From assembly GCA_964016885.1 (NCBI GenBank), contig OZ024742.1, positions 146,320,001 through 146,384,000 of the forward strand: DNA of 64,000 nt. Reading direction: 5' to 3'. Under the pieces are notes generated by a model that saw only the letters and a program-made list of their open reading frames with translations, was not told where the DNA came from and ran no database searches. The position numbers were made by a program, and so were the translations under genes. Shown piece after piece: positions 53,901-64,000 of this stretch. Each line of letters begins with the position of its first letter. Position 1 is the stretch's first letter. This DNA comes from Eledone cirrhosa (Eukaryota).

Positions 53901-56900
53901 GTGATGTTGATGCTGTGGTTGTTGGGGATGGAGGTGGTGTGTTGGTTGTAGAGATGCTGTTGCTAGTGGTGGGGGTGATGTTGATGCTGTGGTTGTTGGG
54001 GATGGAGGTGGTGTGTTGGTTGTAGAGATGTTGTTGCTAGTGGTGGGGGTGATGTTGATGCTGTGGTTGTTGGGGATGGAGGTGGTTACTTGGTTGTAGA
54101 GATGCTGTTGCTAGTGGTGGGGGTGATGTTGATGCTGTGGTTGTTGGGGATGGAGGTGGTGTGTTGGTTGTAGAGATGTTGTTGCTAGTGGTGGGGGTGA
54201 TGTTGATGCTGTGGTTGTTGGTGATGGAGGTGGTGTGTTGGTTGTAGAGATGTTGTTGCTAGTGGTGGGGGTGATGTTGATGCTGTGGTTGTTGGGGATG
54301 AAGGTGGTGTGTTGGTTGTAGAGATGCTGTTGCTAGTGGTGGGGGTGATGTTGATGCTGTGGTTGTTGGGGATGGAGGTGGTGTGTTGGTTGTAGAGATG
54401 CTGTTGCTAGTGGTGGGGGTGATGTTGATGCTGTGGTTGTTGGGGATGGAGGTGGTGTGTTGGTTGTAGAGATGTTGTTGCTAGTGGTGAGGGTGATGTT
54501 GATGCTGTGGTTGTTGGGGATGGAGGTGGTGTGTTGGTTGTAGAGATGCTGTTGCTAGTGGTGGGGGTGATGTTGATGCTGTGGTTGTTGGGGATGGAGG
54601 TGGTGTGTTGGTTGTAGAGATGCTGTTGCTAGTGGTGGGGGTGATGTTGATGCTGTGGTTGTTGGGGATGGAGGTGGTGTGTTGGTTGTAGAGATGCTGT
54701 TGCTAGTGGTGGGGGTGATGTTGATGCTGTGGTTGTTGGTGATGGAGGTGGTGTGTTGGTTGTAGAGATGTTGTTGCTAGTGGTGGGGGTGATGTTGATG
54801 CTGTGGTTGTTGGGGATGGAGGTGGTGTGTTGGTGGTAGAGATGCTGTTGCTAGTGGTGGGGGTGATGTTGATGCTGTGGTTGTTGGTGATGGAGGTGGT
54901 GTGTTGGTTGTAGAGATGTTGTTGCTAGTGGTGGGGGTGATGTTGATGCTGTGGTTGTTGGGGATGGAGGTGGTGTGTTGGTGGTAGAGATGCTGTTGCT
55001 AGTGGTGGGGGTGATGTTGATGCTGTGGTTGTTGGGGATGGAGGTGGTGTGTTGGTTGTAGAGATGTTGTTGCTAGTGGTGGGGGTGATGTTGATGCTGT
55101 GGTTGTTGGTGATGGAGGTGGTGTGTTGGTTGTAGAGATGTTGTTGCTAGTGGTGGGGGTGATGTTGATGCTGTGGTTGTTGGTGATGGAGGTGGTGTGT
55201 TGGTTGTAGAGATGCTGTTGCTAGTGGTGGGGGTGATGTTGATGCTGTGGTTGTTGGGGATGGAGGTGGTGTGTTGGTTGTAGAGATGTTGTTGCTAGTG
55301 GTGGGGGTGATGTTGATGCTGTGGTTGTTGGTGATGGAGGTGGTGTGTTGGTGGTAGAGATGCTGTTGCTAGTGGTGGGGGTGATGTTGATGCTGTGGTT
55401 GTTGGGGATGGAGGTGGTGTGTTGGTGGTAGAGATGTTGTTGCTAGTGGTGGGGGTGATGTTGATGCTGTGGTTGTTGGGGATGGAGGTGGTGTGTTGGT
55501 TGTAGAGATGCTGTTGCTAGTGGTGGGGGTGATGTTGATGCTGTGGTTGTTGGTGATGGAGGTGGTGTGTTGGTGGTAGAGATGTTGTTGCTAGTGGTGG
55601 GGGTGATGTTGATGCTGTGGTTGTTGGGGATGGAGGTGGTGTGTTGGTTGTAGAGATGCTGTTGCTAGTGGTGGGGGTGATGTTGATGCTGTGGTTGTTG
55701 GTGATGGAGGTGGTGTGTTGGTTGTAGAGATGCTGTTGCTAGTGGTGGGGGTGATGTTGATGCTGTGGTTGTTGGGGATGGAGGTGGTGTGTTGGTTGTA
55801 GAGATGCTGTTGCTAGTGGTGGGGGTGATGTTGATGCTGTGGTTGTTGGGGATGGAGGTGGTGTGTTGGTTGTAGAGATGTTGTTGCTAGTGGTGGTGGT
55901 GATGTTGATGCTGTGGTTGTTGGTGATGGAGGTGGTGTGTTGGTTGTAGAGATGTTGTTGCTAGTGGTGGGGGTGATGTTGATGCTGTGGTTGTTGGGGA
56001 TGGAGGTGGTGTGTTGGTTGTAGAGATGCTGTTGCTAGTGGTGGGGGTGATGTTGATGCTGTGGTTGTTGGGGATGGAGGTGGTGTGTTGGTTGTAGAGA
56101 TGCTGTTGCTAGTGGTGGGGGTGATGTTGATGCTGTGGTTGTTGGGGATGGAGGTGGTGTGTTGGTTGTAGAGATGCTGTTGCTAGTGGTGGGGGTGATG
56201 TTGATGCTGTGGTTGTTGGGGATGGAGGTGGTGTGTTGGTTGTAGAGATGCTGTTGCTAGTGGTGGGGGTGATGTTGATGCTGTGGTTGTTGGGGATGGA
56301 GGTGGTGTGTTGGTTGTAGAGATGCTGTTGCTAGTGGTGGGGGTGATGTTGATGCTGTGGTTGTTGGGGATGGAGGTGGTGTGTTGGTTGTAGAGATGCT
56401 GTTGCTAGTGTTGGGGTTGATGTTGATGCTGTGGTTGTTGAGGATGGAGGTGGTGTGTTGGTTGTAGAGATGTTGTTGCTAGTGGTGGGGGTGATGTTGA
56501 TGCTGTGGTTGTTGGGGATGGAGGTGGTGTGTTGGTTGTAGAGATGCTGTTGCTAGTGGTGGGGGTGATGTTGATGCTGTGGTTGTTGGGGATGGAGGTG
56601 GTGTGTTGGTTGTAGAGATGTTGTTGCTAGTGGTGGGGGTGATGTTGATGCTGTGGTTGTTGGTGATGGAGGTGGTGTGTTGGTTGTAGAGATGCTGTTG
56701 CTAGTGGTGGGGGTGATGTTGATGCTGTGGTTGTTGGTGATGGAGGTGGTGTGTTGGTTGTAGAGATGCTGTTGCTAGTGGTGGGGGTGATGTTGATGCT
56801 GTGGTTGTTGGTGATGGAGGTGGTGTGTTGGTGGTAGAGATGTTGTTGCTAGTGGTGGGGGTGATGTTGATGCTGTGGTTGTTGGGGATGGAGGTGGTGT

Positions 56901-59593
56901 GTTGGTGGTAGAGATGTTGTTGCTAGTGGTGGGGGTGATGTTGATGCTGTGGTTGTTGGTGATGGAGGTGGTGTGTTGGTTGTAGAGATGTTGTTGCTAG
57001 TGGTGGGGGTGATGTTGATGCTGTGGTTGTTGGTGATGGAGGTGGTGTGTTGGTGGTAGAGATGCTGTTGCTAGTGGTGGGGGTGATGTTGATGCTGTGG
57101 TTGTTGGTGATGGAGGTGGTGTGTTGGTGGTAGAGATGTTGTTGCTAGTGGTAGTGGTGATGTTGATGCTGTGGTTGTTGGTGATGGAGGTGGTGTGTTG
57201 GTTGTAGAGATGCTGTTGCTAGTGGTGGGGTGATGTTGATGCTGTGGTTGTTGGTGATGGAGGTGGTGTGTTGGTGGTAGAGATGTTGTTGCTAGTGGTG
57301 GGGGTGATGTTGATGCTGTGGTTGTTGGTGATGGAGGTGGTGTGTTGGTTGTAGAGATGCTGTTGCTAGTGGTGGGGGTGATGTTGATGCTGTGGTTGTT
57401 GGTGATGGAGGTGGTGTGTTGGTGGTAGAGATGTTGTTGCTAGTGGTGGGGGTGATGTTGATGCTGTGGTTGTTGGGGATGGAGGTGGTGTGTTGGTGGT
57501 AGAGATGTTGTTGCTAGTGGTGGTGGTGATGTTGATGCTGTGGTTGTTGGTGATGGAGGTGGTGTGTTGGTGGTAGAGATGTTGTTGCTAGTGGTGGGGG
57601 TGATGTTGATGCTGTGGTTGTTGGTGATGGAGGTGGTGTGTTGGTTGTAGAGATGCTGTTGCTAGTGGTGGGGGTGATGTTGATGCTGTGGTTGTTGGGG
57701 ATGGAGGTGGTGTGTTGGTTGTAGAGATGCTGTTGCTAGTGGTGGGGGTGATGTTGATGCTGTGGTTGTTGGGGATGGAGGTGGTGTGTTGGTGGTAGAG
57801 ATGTTGTTGCTAGTGGTGGGGGTGATGTTGATGCTGTGGTTGTTGGTGATGGAGGTGGTGTGTTGGTGGTAGAGATGCTGTTGCTAGTGGTGGGGGTGAT
57901 GTTGATGCTGTGGTTGTTGGTGATGGAGGTGGTGTGTTGGTTGTAGAGATGTTGTTGCTAGTGGTGGGGGTGATGTTGATGCTGTGGTTGTTGGGGATGG
58001 AGGTGGTGTGTTGGTGGTAGAGATGCTGTTGCTAGTGGTGGGGGTGATGTTGATGCTGTGGTTGTTGGGGATGGAGGTGGTGTGTTGGTGGTAGAGATGT
58101 TGTTGCTAGTGGTGGGGGTGATGTTGATGCTGTGGTTGTTGGTGATGGAGGTGGTGTGTTGGTGGTAGAGATGCTGTTGCTAGTGGTGGGGGTGATGTTG
58201 ATGCTGTGGTTGTTGGGGATGGAGGTGGTGTGTTGGTGGTAGAGATGTTGTTGCTAGTGGTGGGGGTGATGTTGATGCTGTGGTTGTTGGTGATGGAGGT
58301 GGTGTGTTGGTGGTAGAGATGCTGTTGCTAGTGGTGGGGGTGATGTTGATGCTGTGGTTGTTGGTGATGGAGGTGGTGTGTTGGTGGTAGAGATGTTGTT
58401 GCTAGTGGTGGGGGTGATGTTGATGCTGTGGTTGTTGGTGATGGAGGTGGTGTGTTGGTGGTAGAGATGCTGTTGCTAGTGGTGGGGGTGATGTTGATGC
58501 TGTGGTTGTTGGTGATGGAGGTGGTGTGTTGGTTGTAGAGATGCTGTTGCTAGTGGTGGGGGTGATGTTGATGCTGTGGTTGTTGGTGATGGAGGTGGTG
58601 TGTTGGTGGTAGAGATGCTGTTGCTAGTGGTGGGGGTGATGTTGATGCTGTGGTTGTTGGTGATGGAGGTGGTGTGTTGGTGGTAGAGATGCTGTTGCTA
58701 GTGGTGGGGGTGATGTTGATGCTGTGGTTGTTGGTGATGGAGGTGGTGTGTTGGTGGTAGAGATGTTGTTGCTAGTGGTGGGGGTGATGTTGATGCTGTG
58801 GTTGTTGGTGATGGAGGTGGTGTGTTGGTGGTAGAGATGCTGTTGCTAGTGGTGGGGGTGATGTTGATGCTGTGGTTGTTGGTGATGGAGGTGGTGTGTT
58901 GGTTGTAGAGATGCTGTTGCTAGTGGTGGGGGTGATGTTGATGCTGTGGTTGTTGGGGATGGAGGTGGTGTGTTGGTTGTAGAGATGCTGTTGCTAGTGG
59001 TGGGGGTGATGTTGATGCTGTGGTTGTTGGTGATGGAGGTGGTGTGTTGGTTGTAGAGATGCTGTTGCTAGTGGTGGGGGTGATGTTGATGCTGTGGTTG
59101 TTGGGGATGGAGGTGGTGTGTTGGTTGTAGAGATGCTGTTGCTAGTGGTGGGGGTGATGTTGATGCTGTGGTTGTTGGTGATGGAGGTGGTGTGTTGGTG
59201 GTAGAGATGTTGTTGCTAGTGGTGGGGGTGATGTTGATGCTGTGGTTGTTGGGGATGGAGGTGGTGTGTTGGTTGTAGAGATGCTGTTGCTAGTGGTGGG
59301 GGTGATGTTGATGCTGTGGTTGTTGGTGATGGAGGTGGTGTGTTGGTTGTAGAGATGTTGTTGCTAGTGGTGGGGGTGATGTTGATGCTGTGGTTGTTGG
59401 TGATGGAGGTGGTGTGTTGGTGGTAGAGATGTTGTTGCTAGTGGTGGGGGTGATGTTGATGCTGTGGTTGTTGGGGATGGAGGTGGTGTGTTGGTTGTAG
59501 AGATGCTGTTGCTAGTGGTGGGGGTGATGTTGATGCTGTGGTTGTTGGGGATGGAGGTGGTGTGTTGGTTGTAGAGATGTTGTTGCTAGTGGT
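50950..59593. repeat. 74-bp tandem satellite, about 117 copies
   Basis: Unit ctgtggttgttggKgatggaggtggtgtgttggtKgtagagatgYtgttgctagtggtgggggtgatgttgatg. Confidence 0.98.
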
Positions 59594-59694
59594 CATGATA
59601 TTCTTATTGTTGATGGTGATGAAGATGATGTTGTTGTTATTTAGCCCCTTGTCAGTTAGTTTTAGACATTGTATTCAGGAAAACATTAACCAGT

Positions 59695-59993
<299 letters not shown>

Positions 59994-60532
59994 CCCCTGC
60001 TAACTAATGAAACTCAAGTTGAAATGGACAAATTCTCTACTGGGACTACATCTTTTAACTCTCTCTACCTCTCTCTCTCTATATATATATATATTATTCC
60101 ATTTTTATAAGAGAGTAGAGTATGATATAAGGGAAATGTGGCTGCTATTGCTAGCAGGCCGAATGACCACATGGCGACTACCTCATTGGTTCCAAAGTAC
60201 CAAATGTAGTCTCTTGTGGTAGCTATTTACAGAATTCTTAATTTAGAGTAACCCCCCTCCCCTTCTCCATGCTAGAGAAATTTCAACATTCCCAAGGAAA
60301 AGGAAACATTAGGAATTTAAATGGAGATGTTGTTTTGGGGTTGATAAAAGTTTTTATTATCACTGGCATGGTTTCTGCTAGACATATTTTCCTTAGTATT
60401 GATTTTAAGGAACACAAAATTTAAATTAATATAACTGTTAATACTATTTGTATGCTGTAGTGTTTATAGAAATACAATTATTGTAACACATGATTCTTTA
60501 CAGAAGTTGTTATTCAACTAACATATGTAATA

Positions 60533-60727
60533 ACTGTTTTCACCTTTGGCACAAGGCCAACAATTTAAAGGGAAGGAGAAAGTTGATTAACTCGACCTCC
60601 ATGCGTTACTGGTATTATATTTTATTTACCCTGTAAAGTTGAAAGGCAAGGCAAACTTTGGTGGAATTTGAACTCAAATTGTAAAGGGCTGTAACTCTAT
60701 GCCAACGCTCTACTGATACTGCCAATC
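60533..60727 (-). mobile_element. Old diverged SINE1 copy
   Basis: Degenerate core and A/B boxes. Confidence 0.8.
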
Positions 60728-60829
60728 TACATCTTCATGAAACAAATAGTTTAATGTTAATTATTATTCAAGAATTGTGTCAAAAACTATTTGTCATATT
60801 TGTTCCTCTATTTTCTTCTTCTCAATCCA

Positions 60830-61030
60830 CTTATTCCTGAGAACGTTGTGGGGCCTGAATCCTTAGACACTCCTTCAAGAAGGTCCTATTAGAAGCAACT
60901 TTCTCCAAATGATTCCCAAGAAAGACCAGCCAAGCTTATGAATGATATCCAACCAACTTGTTTGTGGTCTGCCCCTGGATCTCCTATCTGTCTAACAATT
61001 CCTTCCTTAAACATTCTAACCACACGTCTG
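60830..61030 (-). mobile_element. Decayed RTE-type LINE 3' end
   Basis: RRSRGRPQTSWLDIIHKLGWSFLGI on the minus strand. Confidence 0.6.
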
Positions 61031-61327
61031 TAGTGTCATTTAGCAATTTGCAATATAAATAGATTTGGGATTATCCTTTAAAACCTGAGAGATTGATTCC
61101 ATATTTTGTTCACCATCAATATTAGTTCACCATCAATATTGATTGTTAATTTGATTTATATGAGTTAATATATACTCTATTCTCTCTTTAAAATGTCACT
61201 TGTATTATCTTATGTTGCCAGAGTAGGTAATTGGCAGAGTTGTTAGAGTCTAAGACAATGCTTAATAGTATTTGCTCTGGCTCTGTGTATTCTGAGTTCA
61301 AATTCTGACAATATTAATTTTACCTTT

Positions 61328-61508
61328 GGTGGATTGGCAGTATCGGTAGAGGGTCGGACGCCATGCTTTCCAGCATACTTACGTCCCTTTACGATCTGAG
61401 TTCAAATCCCGCCGAGGTTGACTTTGCCTTTCATCCTTACGGGGTCGATAAAATAAAGTACCAGTAATGAACTGGGTTATTGCTGGCCTTGTGCCTAAAG
61501 TAGAAACA
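61328..61508 (+). mobile_element. Young SINE1 inserted in an old SINE1-like copy (~61225-61630)
   Basis: 18-bp TSD aatattaattttaccttt at 61310-61327 and 61509-61526. Confidence 0.93.
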
Positions 61509-61806
61509 AATATTAATTTTACCTTTCATCCTTCTGAGGCCAATAAATTAAAGTACTAGTCAAGTACTGCAGTCAATGTAACTGACTTTCTCTCCCCTTA
61601 AATTGCTGACCTTGTGTCAAAATTAGAAATCATTATAGTAGATTATATATCATCATTGGCAGTCTTCAATTTTATATTTTCACATTTTATAACATCAATT
61701 CTACGGATGAAAGAACCATCATTATCATCATCAAAACTAACTTTATTAAATATATTTCAACTGTAATAATACATCAATGTGTGATATTTGAGATTTCTAT
61801 GTATAT

Positions 61807-61984
61807 AATTGTTTCTACTTTAGGCACAAGGCCAGCAATTACCCAGTGCATTACTGGTACTTTATTTTATCGACCCCGTAAGGATGAAAGGCAAAGTCAA
61901 CCTCGGCGGGATTTGAACTCAGATCGTAAAGGGACGTAACTCTGCTGGAAAGCATGGCATCCGACCCTCTACCGATACTGCCAA
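61807..61984 (-). mobile_element. SINE family 1
   Basis: A and B boxes plus core. Confidence 0.92.
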
Positions 61985-62688
61985 AATATTTCCCAATCAG
62001 ATGCTTGTAATTGAAAGGCACATCATAAAATACATGCAGTAAACCATTATTTATGCCAAATTTCACAGTCCACAATTATAGTAGACTATGTTCTGTGACA
62101 AATATAATTTGTTTTAGTACACCACAGCTTTTTCACCAGTATTTTTGTATCTTGTTTTAGTTGTGGTTAAGATTGTTTACACATAATACATGATGGGTCA
62201 TCTTGTGAAAGTATCCATGATACAGTATTTTCATTTGCATCAGTTACTAAGGTAACTCCTGTTATTGTAATATCATAATTCTGGATCACTAGCTTTGATA
62301 TTAACATCATCTTTATATGTTAAAACCTTTTGATACCAAACTATCTAAAACTGCCTCTGGTTCTAAGGTATAAAACTGTCTGTTTTAAAGTGTTTATGTT
62401 TATGAAAACAACCTCCATCATAATTTTATGTAAGAAGCTTTGTCAGTTTATGCACCAAACACCAGCTTAATAATGAGAAAGTTATTTTATTAAATTCATC
62501 CAAATTCTTGATTATTTTCAAAATTATTTGAACATTTTATGTTGTGTCTTTTATTAGAAATACAGCTATGAAAGAAGCGGTAAATGTCTTTTGTTGTTAA
62601 ACTTCCTATGAAAATGGGACACCAAATTTACAAAATTATGCAAGTGGTGATATGTAGTCTGAATAATGACCAATATATCTTTAACAGA

Positions 62689-62872
62689 GGCGGTGGATTG
62701 GCAGTATCGGTAGAGGGTCGGACGCTATGCTTTCCAGCATAGTTACGTCCCTTTACGATCTGAGTTCAAATCCCGCCGAGGTTGACTTTGCCTTTCATCC
62801 TTACGGGGTCGATAAAATAAAGTACCAGTAATGAACTGGGTAATTGCTGGCCTTGTGCCTAAAGTAGAGACA
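62689..62872 (+). mobile_element. Full-length SINE family 1 with 17-bp TSD
   Basis: aatatatctttaacaga at 62672-62688 and 62873-62889. Confidence 0.95.
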
Positions 62873-63249
62873 AATATATCTTTAACAGAAATTTAGGAAG
62901 TCCGAGAAAAGACTTTAAATGCTTCATATTCTCTGGAGGTTTTACACCCATAGTTCTAAACTATAATTTGCTTATGGCTATAATCTTTCTTTGTTAATTG
63001 TTATTTGAACCCATACTCCCAGATAATCCATCAGTCACTAATACAGATATATTTTGATTAATCACCATATCTTCATGGTCTTATCTACCTTGATATACAG
63101 ATGTTCAACAGTTTTGGTACCAATATATATATAATAGTTTGATAAAATAATGTACCAGTAATACACTGGGATAATTGCTGGCCTTGTGCCAAAAGTAGAA
63201 ACAAATATATATATAATAGTTATGGTTTTCCTTACTGTTTCTTTTTATT

Positions 63250-63660
63250 AATTGGAAAGTGCACAGCCATACCAGGTTGCTAACCTGGTGCCTGCTGCCT
63301 GTATTAGCCAGTTCTTTGCCCACTGAGATCAATGGTTGACACCCCTTCACCACGATGAGGCATCTGGCAAGACCAAGGGTCTCCTGTTGAGAGATAGATA
63401 AGTCATAGACGCTGCAGAGGGTGGTCATGGAGCACCGGTGCCACCTGGCTGGCCATATTCTGTGCCTGCCCAATGAACAACACTCAAAAACTGAACTGGA
63501 CTCCACCTGGCAGGAAATAGAAGCGGAGTTGTCCCAGGATCACCTGGCGAGTGATGAACATTCCAAAAATACCTGTTGGTAGCCAATATCACTTGGCACA
63601 GACACAAAAAAGCTGCCACTAATTGTGGTCGTTGATGACTACTTACTGCTCTATGCACCG
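63250..63660 (+). mobile_element. Decayed RTE-type LINE 3' end
   Basis: LAGHILCLP, NWTPPGRK*KRSCPRITWR and ANITW...KKAATN motifs across shifted frames. Confidence 0.65.
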
Positions 63661-64000
63661 ATGTTCAACAGTTTTGGTACCAATATATATATAATTTATA
63701 TATATTTAAAATAAATAACATTACCACTGTCATTTTAAACCACCTCCTAAAACATAGGGCTATCTGTTTTAATTCCATATGGAAGACACATCCATCTTTA
63801 TGTATCAATGTGTATTTATATATTGTGGTGATTTTTCTTGCTTCAGAACATACTTCTATCTGATGATATGTCCACTTTTAAATCGTATTTAGCAAAATAA
63901 TTTATGCTGGAGAGGGAATGAAATATTGATTCAGTATTTAGAGTTGGATAAGAATAAGCACAAAATCTATATTCTCCTCATATTGGAGAATTTCAACAAA

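Noticed and set aside
50950-59593. CRISPR-like array
   Set aside because: Pure tandem repeat with no unique spacers, no cas genes and a eukaryotic context.

Overview
Eukaryotic, AT-rich, repeat-dominated DNA with no host protein-coding gene I can support. The abundant (TA)n/(CA)n/(ATC)n microsatellites, tRNA-derived SINEs, RTE LINEs and Penelope-like elements (PLEs) resemble a cephalopod (octopus-like) intron or intergenic region; that assignment is inference. Contents: a decayed maT/DD37D-like Tc1/mariner copy, 5'-truncated RTE LINEs of several families, decayed R4/Dong-like and Tx1-like LINEs, two SINE families, a piggyBac-like MITE, three PLE RT/GIY-YIG remnants, and a 16 kb satellite cluster including a 74-bp array beside a 200-N gap. 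The most striking signal is a set of about ten foldback insertions in (TA)n tracts from several PLE families. About 15 type-I hammerhead ribozyme motifs (intact or with 1-2 core changes) can be folded by eye. The insertions share one architecture: (TA)n, inverted copy of the element 3' end, body, hammerhead plus 3' end, extra tail, (TA)n. The inverted copy usually stops 4-8 nt before a covarying RCTC...GAGY stem-loop that opens the tail. All alignments and folds were done by eye, so boundaries are approximate.
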